From contig JBFWLW010000001.1 of assembly GCA_050251945.1 (NCBI GenBank), positions 384,001 through 448,000 on the forward strand: 64,000 bases of DNA, written 5' to 3'. A model generated the notes under the pieces. The model was not told where the DNA came from. It saw only the letters and a program-made list of their open reading frames with translations, and searched no databases. The position numbers and the translations under genes were made by a program. Positions 7,904-18,432 of this stretch are shown here, in pieces; the stretch's first letter is position 1, and each line of letters starts with the position of its first letter. Source of the DNA: Deferribacterales bacterium. GTDB taxonomy: Bacteria > Chrysiogenota > Deferribacteres > Deferribacterales > Geovibrionaceae.

Positions 7904-9187
7904 TTATAAACTGTCTTTCTCGCCTATTATTCCGGCAGACCAAAGCAGATTGGCATATTGCACGCGATAATCGCGCCATGCCTGCGCCAGCCGAACCTGA
8001 GCGTTTCTGAGGTTATACTCCGCATCATCCACTTCCAGTTTGGTCTTAACGCCATAAGCGTATCCTTTTTCCGCCATATCAAGAAGTTTAGCCGCCTCGT
8101 CAACAGTGCCGCCCGCCGCGTCTATAACTTCCACAGCCTCTTTAACACGGCTTACAGCCTGACGCACATCAAGTGAAACGGAATCTTCCGTCTGCAACTG
8201 CTGTAACTTTATTTTGCGCAGGTCGCTCTGAGCCTGAATCACTTTTCCTTTGGTCTCTAGACCGTCGAAAAACGGAAACGACATCTTTATACCTGCATTC
8301 CACGTGGTCAGATTCTTCTCATCGTCCCCGTCAAGCCTCATACGGTCGTAAGAACCTTCGAGATCAAGCCTTGGTTTGTCACCGGCATGGCTGACCTGCA
8401 CCATCTCTTTATTGAAATCCACCATCAGTTTCTTATCAAGTATTTCAGGACGGTTTTCCATAGCGGATCTCAGCACGGCTTCATAATCTGTCGTTTCGAT
8501 ACTCTCCGGTTTAAGTTCCCCGTCAGCGTCGATATCGTAGTTGATGCCGAGTATGTATTTAAGGTTGTCCTTAGCAATGTTCAGGTTGTTGCTGTAGGTT
8601 ATCACATCCGGCTGTGCATTTTTAAGGGCTACACGAGCCGACAGAACATCATAATCCGTTGCAGTTCCGAGTTTATATTTCTTTTCGGCTTCGGCAAGAT
8701 GTCTCTCCCGCTGTTTAACGTTCTCCTGTGCTATGTACAGAAGTCTTCTGGTAAGCAGAATATCGGTGAAAGCCACCGTAACATCCCTTACAGCCGCCTG
8801 CCTGTACATTCTGAGCTGTTCGTCTCCTGTGCGAAGCCCTATCTTTGCCGCGCGGATGGCGGCGCCGACCTGACCCCATGTGAAGAGAGCCTGTTTAACA
8901 GATACTCCGGCGTTATATTGGTTAAAGACGTCAGAGTTCACCGCGGAACCTGTCGAAGCATCTTTTGCCCTTGCAACGCCTCCGTAAAGTGTTGCTGTCG
9001 GCAGAGCCGCCGCACGCTCTTCAACATAAACTCCCTGAAGGTAAGTCATATATTCCTTTGCCTGCTCGACGCTCTTGTTCTTTTCCATCGCTATATCAAT
9101 CGCCTCTTTCAGCGTCAGCACCTTGACTTCCTGCGCGGACACAATCAAAGGCATTATCATCATTAAAGCAATCAGTATCTTTCTCAT
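7904..9187 (-). CDS. TolC-family outer membrane efflux protein
   Basis: Signal peptide; LTLKEAIDIAMEKN start; two OEP repeats; last gene of RND operon. Confidence 0.9.
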   Translation of the reverse strand: MRKILIALMMIMPLIVSAQEVKVLTLKEAIDIAMEKNKSVEQAKEYMTYLQGVYVEERAAALPTATLYGGVARAKDASTGSAVNSDVFNQYNAGVSVKQALFTWGQVGAAIRAAKIGLRTGDEQLRMYRQAAVRDVTVAFTDILLTRRLLYIAQENVKQRERHLAEAEKKYKLGTATDYDVLSARVALKNAQPDVITYSNNLNIAKDNLKYILGINYDIDADGELKPESIETTDYEAVLRSAMENRPEILDKKLMVDFNKEMVQVSHAGDKPRLDLEGSYDRMRLDGDDEKNLTTWNAGIKMSFPFFDGLETKGKVIQAQSDLRKIKLQQLQTEDSVSLDVRQAVSRVKEAVEVIDAAGGTVDEAAKLLDMAEKGYAYGVKTKLEVDDAEYNLRNAQVRLAQAWRDYRVQYANLLWSAGIIGEKDSL

Positions 9188-12100
9188 GCATGTCCCCCAA
9201 ACCCGAAGAACTTTTTAAGCTTGCCCGCAAAATCATCAAGCAGAGTATAGACAACAGGCACGACAACCAGTGTAAGTATCGTAGAGGTTATCAGACCGCC
9301 TATTACGGCTCTTGCCATAGGAGCCCGCATCTCGGCACCCGCACCGATGGCAAGTGCCAGCGGAAGCATACCGGATATCATCGCGAGGGTTGTCATCATG
9401 ATAGGGCGGAATCTTGTACGCCCCGCCTGAATAAGCGCCTCGTTGCGTTCCATACCTGCCGCACGCAAATGTTTAGCGTAATCTATCAGCAGAATGGCGT
9501 TCTTGGTAACCAATCCCATCAGCATGATAAGACCTATCAGCGACATGATGTTTATGGTATCGCCAGTGAGGTGCAGCATACCCGCCATACCCAAAATAGA
9601 GAGAGGCAGAGAAAACATGATGGCAAACGGTTCAATAAACGATTCAAACTGCGCCGCAAGAACCAGATAAACCATCAGAACCGCCAGAATAAGCGCTTCC
9701 GCCATATATCCGAACGATTCCGCCATATCCTCGCCCTCCCCTGCAAAAGAAAAATCATACCCCAGATCGGTCTTAATTGTAGGTATAACATCCGCTTTCA
9801 CAAGGTTAACAGCAGTACCGATGGGCAGATCGTCAAGGTTTGCCATAACGTCCACTTTGCGCTCCAGGTTCTGTCTGTTAATCTGAGAAGGTGTTGTATC
9901 TATCTCATATGATGCAATGTTTCTAAGTGTCACAAGTGTATTTGCACCATCCTTGCTCTCAACTGCAAGTTTAAGGTTCATAAGCTGTTCAGGATTCTGC
10001 CTGTATTTTTCACCTAATCTCACCCTTATATCCACTGCGTCACCATCGGATTCTTCGTATGTCGAAGCCACCGTGCCGCCGAAAAGCGTGCTGACAGTGT
10101 TAACGACATCCTGCGAATTAAGCCCCACAGCCGCCGCCTTGTCTCTGTCCACTTTTATCCTGTATTCGGGCGTATCGTCTTCAAGAGATGTATCTATATC
10201 CACGATACCTTTGACCTTAGACATCTTTTCTTTCAGTTCAGCGGAGTATTTTTTCAACAGGTTAATATCACTGCCCTGAATTGTCACGACCAGCGGTTTG
10301 TTTGAACTGCCGAGCCCTCCTGCCTCTTCTATTGACGTACGAACCCCGGCAACGCCGAGAAAGCGTTTTCTGAAATCCTGTTCAATCTCTTTCTGGCTTC
10401 TGTTTCTTGTATCTTTCGGTTTAAGCTTCACATACAGAACGCCTTTCCGTACAACACCGCTATCGCCTGCGCCTATGGTGCCGTATGTATGATCGACCTC
10501 CGGCACGTCCTTGACAGAGGCAAGCATAGCATTCAGCCTGTTCTCGCTCTCATATATTGAAGCATCGGGAGCTGTTGTAAAACTGATCTGAAACTCGCCT
10601 TTGTCCTCTTCGGTCATGAATGCGCCTTCAAGCGTGCCGAAAAGAAATAAACCGAGAAAAAATGCGAGAGATGTCACAACCGAAATTGTAATCCGGTGAT
10701 TCAAAGCCCATCTCACTGCACCTTTATAGCTGTCTGCTGTTCTGTCAAAAAGCAGATTGAATTTATGCACGCGTCTGCCCAGCCACGTCCCCTGCGGATT
10801 TCCGATGGCAGGGTCATGCCAGCGTGAAGACAGCATAGGGTCGAGGGTGAACGAAACCAGCAGAGAAACAGCGACTGCGAACGCAACCGTCATTCCGAAC
10901 GAGAAAAAGAATTTACCGACTATCCCTTTCATAAACGCTACGGGAACGAATACCGCCATGACCGACAGCGTGGTTGCCATAACCGCAAGTCCGATCTCTG
11001 CGGTACCCTCCTTCGCCGCCGTCATATGGTCTTTTCCCATCTCAACGTGCCTTACGATGTTTTCACGAACGACGATGGCGTCGTCGATAAGCATACCGAT
11101 AGCCAGAGACAGCGCCATAAGAGTCATAACGTTGAGGCTCATTCCCAGTGCATAGATGGCTATGAAAGACGAAACGACCGAAATGGGCAGTGTCAGCCCC
11201 GTGATAACGGTGGATCGCCATGAGTTGATGAAAAGAAAAACTATCAGCACGGTAAGGATACCGCCGATGATTATAGTATGCTGAACATCCTCAAGTGAAT
11301 CGCGTATCTGCTGTGACGCATCGCGCACAACTGTGAGTTTTACGTCTGCCGGCAGATCCTTTTCTATTTTCTTAACACGATCCAAAACGTCGTCGACAAC
11401 CTGCACCACGTTAGCGCCGGACTGCTTTATTACGTCCACCGATACGGCAGGGTTGCCGTTATAAAGCGAGGTCGTCCGTTTTTCTTCAATACCGTCAATT
11501 ATATCAGCAACTTCCGAAAGTCTGACGGCTCTGCCGTCCAGAGATGTGACGGTAAGGCTGTTCAGTTCGTCAACGTATTCGCTTTTTCCCGATACGCGCA
11601 CCGAATATTCGCCGCTCTTTTTCGTCATACGCCCCAGCGGAGTATTGACGTTCTCCTGTTTGATACCGTTCATGACCGATGTAATGGACACGCCAAGGCT
11701 TTCGAGCTTAAGCGGGTCAATTACGATATTGACCTCCTTTTCGGAGGAACCGATAAGGTTTACCTTTCCCACGCCCTGAATGGATTCCAGACGTTTTTTG
11801 ACAACCTTGTCAACCACATCCGTAAGCTCTCTTGGGGAAAGTATTTTTGACTCCGCTGCCACGGAAACTATAGGCATGTCGTTAAAATCTATCTTCTGGA
11901 TGATGGGTTCTTCAATATCATCAGGCAGATCACCTCTGATAGCGCCTATCTTGGCGCGAACCTCAGGGTTAACCGCGTCAATATCCACCTCAAGTTCAAA
12001 TTCCACAACAACGGTGGAAACACCTTCTGATGAATACGAATATATCTTTTTAACGCCAGCAACAGGGTTTACAGCCTCTTCTATCTTCTTGCTGACCTCT

Positions 12101-12282
12101 GTTTCAACCGTCTGTGCAGATGCACCTTCATATTTTGTAACGACTGATATTACAGGAATATCAACGTTCGGGAACTCCTCAACAGATAGCCTGTTGTATG
12201 AAAAAATCCCCAGCACCACCAGCGTCAACATTACGACGGCGGCAAATACAGGGCGTTTTATTGAAAGATCGGAGAGAAACAT
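9184..12282 (-). CDS. AcrB/AcrD/AcrF-family RND permease
   Basis: 1032 aa; SIKRPVFA, IDDAIVVRENI, KNAILLID and RFRPIMMTT motifs. Confidence 0.95.
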   Translation of the reverse strand: MFLSDLSIKRPVFAAVVMLTLVVLGIFSYNRLSVEEFPNVDIPVISVVTKYEGASAQTVETEVSKKIEEAVNPVAGVKKIYSYSSEGVSTVVVEFELEVDIDAVNPEVRAKIGAIRGDLPDDIEEPIIQKIDFNDMPIVSVAAESKILSPRELTDVVDKVVKKRLESIQGVGKVNLIGSSEKEVNIVIDPLKLESLGVSITSVMNGIKQENVNTPLGRMTKKSGEYSVRVSGKSEYVDELNSLTVTSLDGRAVRLSEVADIIDGIEEKRTTSLYNGNPAVSVDVIKQSGANVVQVVDDVLDRVKKIEKDLPADVKLTVVRDASQQIRDSLEDVQHTIIIGGILTVLIVFLFINSWRSTVITGLTLPISVVSSFIAIYALGMSLNVMTLMALSLAIGMLIDDAIVVRENIVRHVEMGKDHMTAAKEGTAEIGLAVMATTLSVMAVFVPVAFMKGIVGKFFFSFGMTVAFAVAVSLLVSFTLDPMLSSRWHDPAIGNPQGTWLGRRVHKFNLLFDRTADSYKGAVRWALNHRITISVVTSLAFFLGLFLFGTLEGAFMTEEDKGEFQISFTTAPDASIYESENRLNAMLASVKDVPEVDHTYGTIGAGDSGVVRKGVLYVKLKPKDTRNRSQKEIEQDFRKRFLGVAGVRTSIEEAGGLGSSNKPLVVTIQGSDINLLKKYSAELKEKMSKVKGIVDIDTSLEDDTPEYRIKVDRDKAAAVGLNSQDVVNTVSTLFGGTVASTYEESDGDAVDIRVRLGEKYRQNPEQLMNLKLAVESKDGANTLVTLRNIASYEIDTTPSQINRQNLERKVDVMANLDDLPIGTAVNLVKADVIPTIKTDLGYDFSFAGEGEDMAESFGYMAEALILAVLMVYLVLAAQFESFIEPFAIMFSLPLSILGMAGMLHLTGDTINIMSLIGLIMLMGLVTKNAILLIDYAKHLRAAGMERNEALIQAGRTRFRPIMMTTLAMISGMLPLALAIGAGAEMRAPMARAVIGGLITSTILTLVVVPVVYTLLDDFAGKLKKFFGFGGHA

Positions 12283-12290
12283 TTATTCAC

Positions 12291-13433
12291 CTACTTCCCT
12301 ACGGAGACCTTGTCTCCGTCCTTGATAGTAAAGCCGCCTCTGACAACAACGCTGTCGCCGTCGTTAAGTCCGGAGGTCACTTCCACCATTCCGTTATGAA
12401 CATGCCCGATAGAGACGTCCTTAAGCACAGCGTTACCGTCCTTAACAATGTATATCTTCGCTTTGCGCGCGGCATTATCATTGCCCAAAAGAACAGACTG
12501 GGGCAGGAGAAATACCATTCTTTTATTACCTGTAAATATTTTTGCCTTTGTAAAAAAGCCTGATTTGAGAAGATTTTCATTGTTTCTCACTTCAATATTC
12601 ACCTTAACAGACCTGTCTGCTGTATCCACCTGAGGGTTCACATAAGCAACTTTTCCTTCAAAAACCTTTTCAGGAAACGCATCCACAGTAAATTCAACGC
12701 GGCTTCCAACGCCCACACCGGCTATATCAACAGTGGGGATGCTCACTTTCAGGTCATAAACACTTTCATCAATGATGCTGAAGAGTGCATCGCTGTTATC
12801 GCCGCCTGCCATATCGCCGACGTTTGCATTGCGTGCTGAAACAGTACCTGAAATGGGAGCCACGATGTCAGACTTGCCAAGGCGAATCGCTGCCTGCCGG
12901 TGGTCTTCCTGAGCCGCAGCAACCTGTGCCAGAGCAGCCGCCACACGAGCCTTTGCAGACGCCATATCAGTGTTAGCGTCATCAAGCTGCTGCTGAGTTG
13001 CCAGACCGGACTGCTTGAGATTCTGCATCCTCACAAGCTCTCTGTCCGCTTTGCTCAGATAAGTCTGTGATTCAAGATATGCCGCTTTTGCATTTTCTGC
13101 CGACGCTTTTGCCCGGGCTGCTGTAGCTGAAAGTTCATCTGAATCTATTTTTGCAAGAAGCTCTCCCTTTTTGACCTTGACCCAGTCGTTAACATAGACC
13201 TCGCGAACCTTTCCCGAAATCTCGGATCGCACGTCCGCACTGTACTTTGCCGTGAGATTTCCGGTGGATTCAACATAGTTCTCCACCTCCTGAGCCTTCA
13301 CAGAAGACGTTTCAACAGCAATACCGCTGTCGGTCTTAACTTCTTCCTGCTTATCCTTCTTTTTACCTGACAAAGCTACGATCACGATAACGGCAAGCAC
13401 CGCAACGGCAATATAGATAACCCTCTTTTTCAT
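12291..13433 (-). CDS. RND periplasmic adaptor (MFP)
   Basis: N-terminal anchor; lipoyl halves VRSEISGKV and IVAPISGTV flanking a coiled coil. Confidence 0.92.
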   Translation of the reverse strand: MKKRVIYIAVAVLAVIVIVALSGKKKDKQEEVKTDSGIAVETSSVKAQEVENYVESTGNLTAKYSADVRSEISGKVREVYVNDWVKVKKGELLAKIDSDELSATAARAKASAENAKAAYLESQTYLSKADRELVRMQNLKQSGLATQQQLDDANTDMASAKARVAAALAQVAAAQEDHRQAAIRLGKSDIVAPISGTVSARNANVGDMAGGDNSDALFSIIDESVYDLKVSIPTVDIAGVGVGSRVEFTVDAFPEKVFEGKVAYVNPQVDTADRSVKVNIEVRNNENLLKSGFFTKAKIFTGNKRMVFLLPQSVLLGNDNAARKAKIYIVKDGNAVLKDVSIGHVHNGMVEVTSGLNDGDSVVVRGGFTIKDGDKVSVGK

Positions 13434-13443
13434 TCAAAAACCT

Positions 13444-14034
13444 CTATTTTTTTATTAATACTTTATCGAAAAGCTTATTGACCAGACGACGCAGATCGTC
13501 GTTGGTCATTTTTACAGAACACTCTATCATTCTGGTATCGAAGCAAAAAAACAGAACAGAAAGAAGGATGGTTACAAAATCGGCAACATCCATTAATTCA
13601 AGTTCGCCATTTTCAATACCTTCATGCAAGATGAAAGACACTTTATCCGCCATACGAATGGGAAATTCATCAAAATCTATCTGCGGTGCTCCCTGCGGAG
13701 GTCCGTAGATCATGGCGTGCATCAGCCTCACATACTCCATACGTTTTTCCTGAACATCCATGAGGTCGATGAACATGTTCAATATCATCTCATGAGCAGA
13801 CACACCTTTCAGAGGATATTTTTCCATGATCGCTTCAAATTCGACAAAGGCATAGTTCATTATTTCAGTGTAGATACCCGCCTTATTTTTAAAATAGTAA
13901 TAAAGCATAGGCTTTGTAACCTTTGCTTCCTGCACTATCATGCTGACGGAAGTTGCGGAATAACCTTTTGATACAAACAACTTCACTGCCGCTTCCAGCA
14001 ATCTGTGCCTTGCATCGTCCTTTAAATTGTCCAT
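13444..14034 (-). CDS. TetR/AcrR-family regulator
   Basis: LLEAAVKLFVSKGYSATSVSMIVQEAKVTKPMLYYYFKNK HTH; alternative GTG start at 14043. Confidence 0.92.
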   Translation of the reverse strand: MDNLKDDARHRLLEAAVKLFVSKGYSATSVSMIVQEAKVTKPMLYYYFKNKAGIYTEIMNYAFVEFEAIMEKYPLKGVSAHEMILNMFIDLMDVQEKRMEYVRLMHAMIYGPPQGAPQIDFDEFPIRMADKVSFILHEGIENGELELMDVADFVTILLSVLFFCFDTRMIECSVKMTNDDLRRLVNKLFDKVLIKK

Positions 14035-14045
14035 ATTTCTCACCT

Positions 14046-14067
14046 GTTTACTTATCGGTAGGTAAAC
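14046..14067. promoter_or_regulatory. Probable TetR operator
   Basis: GTTTACTTATCGGTAGGTAAAC imperfect palindrome (18/22) just upstream of the tetR start. Confidence 0.6.
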
Positions 14068-14111
14068 ACTAAACAGAAAAAAAAGTCAAGTATGAAAAAT
14101 GTAAAGAAAGG

Positions 14112-15557
14112 TCAGGCTGTTCTGATTGTATTATGACCGCAGCTCTTCGCATCGGCGAGTGCGCTTTCCGCACGGAAAGTCATGCTCGCTTCTGTTTCAT
14201 AGTTTGCGTGAGGGGCGATGCCGGCACAAAGTTTAACGATCTCGTTCTCTGCGAGCCGAAGTATCTTTGCGTCAGTGTTAACTGCTTCAAGCACCATCAT
14301 AGCTGTGTGATTAGCCTCTTCAGAGGCAACACCAGCTATAACCATGAACTCGTCGCCGTTCCATCTGGCGACAGTGCTGTCGCTGCCGATTGTCTCTTTG
14401 ATTATCGAGGCAATACGCTCAAGTATCATATCTCCGCAGATATGTCCGTAACGGTCGTTTATCCCTTTAAAATCGTCAATATCAAACAAAATAAGTGAAA
14501 AATCTCCGGAAGCGGCAATCTGCATATTAAAAAGGCGTATGAACTCCTGTCTGTTGAAACAACCCATGAGCACGTCGCCTCCGGGTTCGGTCTCCAGTTT
14601 GCTGTGGTAATAGTTTATAACGGATATTATAACACCCAGTATCAGCAGGGTCAGTATAAAGCCTATCATCGTGTTCTTTATGAAATTCTGCCATATGTTC
14701 TTAAGTGCGGAATTCTGATTCTGAACCACCAGAAGAAACCAGTTAAGCTCCGGAATATATCTTGATGTCAAAAGCATATGACCGTTTGCACTGTCATATT
14801 CAAAATTACCGGAGATGTAGGATACCTGTAATATCTGTGGCGCTATCTCACCTATACCCGGCGCTTTTTTTATGTTTAACTGATTGATAACCGTGTTTCT
14901 GGCACTGACCTGAATATTTCCGTCCATATCAACAAGAAAAATATCCCTGTCATATCTGACCTGATATTCGGAAAGAAGGTTTTTTATCCGTTCCAGTTCA
15001 AGCCCGACGCCTGTCACACCAAGAAGTTTATGATCGTAATCATGCACGCGGTGGTTGATAAATATTGTCATAGTGTTCCGTTCAGCCTGATTGGTATCAA
15101 CGGTCAGTTCATAGGGTTCATACTTAGCCGTAAAGTCGTAATACCACTTATCGCGGGGCGTATCTTTTGATATTTTTTTCAGAATACCATCGTAATAATA
15201 ATAGTTTCCTGTTTGAGCAGAAACGAAAAACGACGCGAAAAAGTCGTATTTATGCTTAATGTGTGTGAGGTATTTCTTTATCTGCGTAACATTCTTTTCG
15301 CCGCCGATCGCCCAGTCCTTAACGAAAGTGTCGTTTGCCATCAGAGACGAGATAAATATCGGGCGCATAAGATCGCGCTGTATCTCAGAATAGATGTTGT
15401 CACGGGTAAGCGGAAGAGAAGTATTGATTATGCTGCTGCGCAGTGAATCCTTTGCTGCCTGATAGCTCACGATGTTAGTTATAAAATAACCTGAAAACAG
15501 TAAGACACTGATAAATATGAACAGGTATACCCTGTTCACCAGTTTTTTTCCAGCCAT
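14112..15557 (-). CDS. Membrane dCache-GGDEF protein (NGDEF variant)
   Basis: Two TM helices around a Cache-like domain; DIDDFKGINDRYGHICGD and RWNGDEF. Confidence 0.85.
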   Translation of the reverse strand: MAGKKLVNRVYLFIFISVLLFSGYFITNIVSYQAAKDSLRSSIINTSLPLTRDNIYSEIQRDLMRPIFISSLMANDTFVKDWAIGGEKNVTQIKKYLTHIKHKYDFFASFFVSAQTGNYYYYDGILKKISKDTPRDKWYYDFTAKYEPYELTVDTNQAERNTMTIFINHRVHDYDHKLLGVTGVGLELERIKNLLSEYQVRYDRDIFLVDMDGNIQVSARNTVINQLNIKKAPGIGEIAPQILQVSYISGNFEYDSANGHMLLTSRYIPELNWFLLVVQNQNSALKNIWQNFIKNTMIGFILTLLILGVIISVINYYHSKLETEPGGDVLMGCFNRQEFIRLFNMQIAASGDFSLILFDIDDFKGINDRYGHICGDMILERIASIIKETIGSDSTVARWNGDEFMVIAGVASEEANHTAMMVLEAVNTDAKILRLAENEIVKLCAGIAPHANYETEASMTFRAESALADAKSCGHNTIRTA

Positions 15558-15661
15558 TAACTTCTCCGGGGCTTTTTATAATAATAATTCAAAGATGCAT
15601 GTTTAATTATTGTACATTAAAAATGCAAAAACAACAGATCAAGATACAATTTTTATCAATT

Positions 15662-15958
15662 TTAACGGGTCTGCACTCCTTCAAACATGATAACTCTATA
15701 GTCAGCACCGAGAAATCTGTGAGTTCTGACTTTTTTGTATTCATCGCTGTTATACCATGCGAGAGCTTCCTGTCTTGTGGGAAATTCCAGCAGAACTGTG
15801 CCGAGAGCTTCGGAACCTTCCAGTGTTTCTATCTCACCATATACAGCCAGCTTCTTCATATTCCTTCCGGCAGAAGTTGCAGGCACAAGTTTTTTATATT
15901 CATCTATCTCACTTTGATCTGTAATCCCGTCTTCGATGAATATTATGTAATACGGCAT
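15662..15958 (-). CDS. DUF1330-family protein
   Basis: VLLEFPTRQEALAWYNSDEY motif. Confidence 0.85.
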   Translation of the reverse strand: MPYYIIFIEDGITDQSEIDEYKKLVPATSAGRNMKKLAVYGEIETLEGSEALGTVLLEFPTRQEALAWYNSDEYKKVRTHRFLGADYRVIMFEGVQTR

Positions 15959-15967
15959 ATTTATCTC

Positions 15968-16960
15968 CTATAAAACAAGTTTGTCGTTTCTCAGGTCAAA
16001 ATCCTCATGGGTATACCAGTCCCTGCCACGTTTAACAGCAATAAAATTGCGCCTCTCCGCCAGCTTTTTGAGATTGAGAATTGAAAGACCGCTATTCATA
16101 CTGCTCAGAGGCTTCAGAACATAACCTTTCTCTTTGACCAGCAGATTGCATATGTACATATCCAGACTGTCGGAAAGCAGTTCCCCTATCATGCCGGACA
16201 TTTTTTCAGCCGTAATTTCATACAATTTATCAGGTATATTATGATACGACTGCGGTAATGTCAGAGTGAAACCCATCTGTTCCTTAAATTCTTTTATCGC
16301 GGCAAAATACTCTTTAATATCCTCTTCCTCACCGCGTATGGATATCAGCGGCAGACCGCACGCAATAAGTATATAGTTCGTAAGGATACGCCCCACACGC
16401 CCGTTTCCGTCTTCAAAAGGATGAACAGCTTCAAAATAACAGTGCTGTTTCGCAATGAAACCGATAAGTTCTTTTATATTTATCCTTTTCGTGCGGTATG
16501 CATCCACACGGGAATTAACAAAGTCCATATACATGTCCAGCAGAAGCGGAATCTCCACAAAATCCGGATACTGAACACCGTCAGGAGCTGTCATATTGTC
16601 CCGCCGCAGACCCGGATATTGGTTTTCATCCAGCAAAAGCATGCCGTTCAGCTTTCTGAAATCCTCAAAGACAAGGCTGAAAGTCCCTTTCACCTTATCC
16701 GCAAAAGCCTGATCATAGTATACAGTCGCCGCCTTATGATATCGCAAAGCCTTCGCGGCATTTGCTGAACGGACAGGTTCTTTCTCTGCAAGAACAGCTT
16801 CCGCCTCTTTCAAAGGCACATAAAAACCTTCTATCATCACCGAATTGCGCGCCTCATCCGTAAGTATACCGCACCATTCCGGTTTATAAACTGCTGGCTT
16901 GCTTGTCCCGCCAAGTTTTTTCAGTATATTTATGCGCCTTTCAAGAAGCACGTATAGCAT
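15968..16960 (-). CDS. Fic-family protein with N-terminal inhibitory motif
   Basis: HPFEDGNGRVGR Fic motif; SVMIEG matches (S/T)xxxE(G/N). Confidence 0.9.
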   Translation of the reverse strand: MLYVLLERRINILKKLGGTSKPAVYKPEWCGILTDEARNSVMIEGFYVPLKEAEAVLAEKEPVRSANAAKALRYHKAATVYYDQAFADKVKGTFSLVFEDFRKLNGMLLLDENQYPGLRRDNMTAPDGVQYPDFVEIPLLLDMYMDFVNSRVDAYRTKRINIKELIGFIAKQHCYFEAVHPFEDGNGRVGRILTNYILIACGLPLISIRGEEEDIKEYFAAIKEFKEQMGFTLTLPQSYHNIPDKLYEITAEKMSGMIGELLSDSLDMYICNLLVKEKGYVLKPLSSMNSGLSILNLKKLAERRNFIAVKRGRDWYTHEDFDLRNDKLVL

Positions 16961-17132
16961 AACCCCACCGTAATACTTTAATAATAAAATAATATACCGT
17001 TTATAATTATCTACAATATAAATTGCCGGCTAAAAATTGCACACAATTCGCACTCATCTTTAACACAAGAATTCCAACACACTCCACAGTGTTTATAAAG
17101 TATCATTCACCATCAAGCGGAGGGTTACGGTC

Positions 17133-18353
17133 ATGAGACTTTTTTTAATATTATCATTATTTTTAGCTTTACTGTCAGCAGGATGCGGCGGAGGAAGCTC
17201 AAGTTCCAAAAGCGGGGATGTGGATTCAAACAACGCACCCGAGATATCCGGCACTTCGGTTACGTTTTTTAAAGCCGGAAACGCCTACACATTCACACCG
17301 TCCGCATACGATGCCGACGATGACGAACTTGTTTTCAGTATTTCCAATAAGCCTGACTGGGCAGCCTTTGACACGACAACAGGTACTTTGTCCGGCACAA
17401 CAACAAAAGGGTTTTACAGAAATATAATCATATCCGTTTCAGACGGTACAGATACCACTTCACTTGCCGCTTTTGAAATAGCCGCACCGGAACTGCTTCT
17501 GCTTAAGACCGGACAGACAGGCTGCTGGAATGCGGCAGGCACATCCGTTACTTGCACCGGAACCAATCAGGATGGTGAAATGCAGATAGGTGCCGATGCA
17601 GATTTCACAGCAAATACATCTGACAGTACGGTAACCGACAACGTAAACGGTTTAATATGGCATAATGAAGCCTCTCCTACAGCGCAAACATACTCCACCG
17701 CAAGCTACCTTTGCGAAAATTCAACTCTGGGAAGCAACTCATGGAGACTTCCTGATATAAGCGAACTTGAAATGATTGTTAATTACGGTAAATCATCTTC
17801 TCCTTATCTTTACGACTCATTTACGAACTACGTTTCAAGCTCTTATTGGACTTCAAGAGAATCTTACGGAACCGGAAGTACGTATTTCTGGATACTAAAC
17901 TTCGGAACCGGAGTACAGAATACAGACGTTCAGGACAATTCAAACTATTACAGATGCATAAGCGGAGAAACTTCTGCACTGGGTACTTATACCCGTGATT
18001 CTTCCAACGGAATAGTTTATGACGAAAGAACTGGGCTGGAATGGGCTGATCAATCGCTGGTTTCAAAAACATGGACTGACGCTCTGACATACTGCAGCGA
18101 TCTTTCATACGGCGGATACTCAGACTGGAGACTCCCTAACGTTAAAGAACTCAATTCAATAGCTTACAGAGCAAATTCATCACCGGCATTAAGCTCTGTT
18201 TTCCAATACCCTGCTAATAGTTTCTTCTGGTCATCCACAACGTACCAGATCACTAAAACGTCTGCATGGGGAGTTGATTTTTCAACAGGAAAAGGAATGA
18301 CTGCCACCAAGACCGGAAGCAACTATCTTAAATGCGTACGGGGCGGAGAATAA
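17133..18353 (+). CDS. Lipoprotein with an Ig-like (He_PIG) domain and two DUF1566/Lcl-C domains
   Basis: Lipobox LSAGC; FSISNKPDWAAFDTTTGTLSGT; two copies of D..TGL.W...WRLP...EL. Confidence 0.8.
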   Translation: MRLFLILSLFLALLSAGCGGGSSSSKSGDVDSNNAPEISGTSVTFFKAGNAYTFTPSAYDADDDELVFSISNKPDWAAFDTTTGTLSGTTTKGFYRNIIISVSDGTDTTSLAAFEIAAPELLLLKTGQTGCWNAAGTSVTCTGTNQDGEMQIGADADFTANTSDSTVTDNVNGLIWHNEASPTAQTYSTASYLCENSTLGSNSWRLPDISELEMIVNYGKSSSPYLYDSFTNYVSSSYWTSRESYGTGSTYFWILNFGTGVQNTDVQDNSNYYRCISGETSALGTYTRDSSNGIVYDERTGLEWADQSLVSKTWTDALTYCSDLSYGGYSDWRLPNVKELNSIAYRANSSPALSSVFQYPANSFFWSSTTYQITKTSAWGVDFSTGKGMTATKTGSNYLKCVRGGE

Positions 18354-18392
18354 AAAAACACCTCCCAAACATCAGTAAATAGACCTGTAGGA

Positions 18393-18426
18393 GAAACAGC
18401 CGCAGTGATTATTCTGCGGCTGTTTC
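18393..18426. terminator. Hairpin terminator between convergent genes
   Basis: GAAACAGCCGCAG / CTGCGGCTGTTTC perfect 13-bp stem. Confidence 0.75.
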
Positions 18427-18432
18427 GTCAGT

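Noticed and set aside
17133..18353. Diversity-generating retroelement
   Set aside because: No reverse transcriptase or template repeat visible in the window
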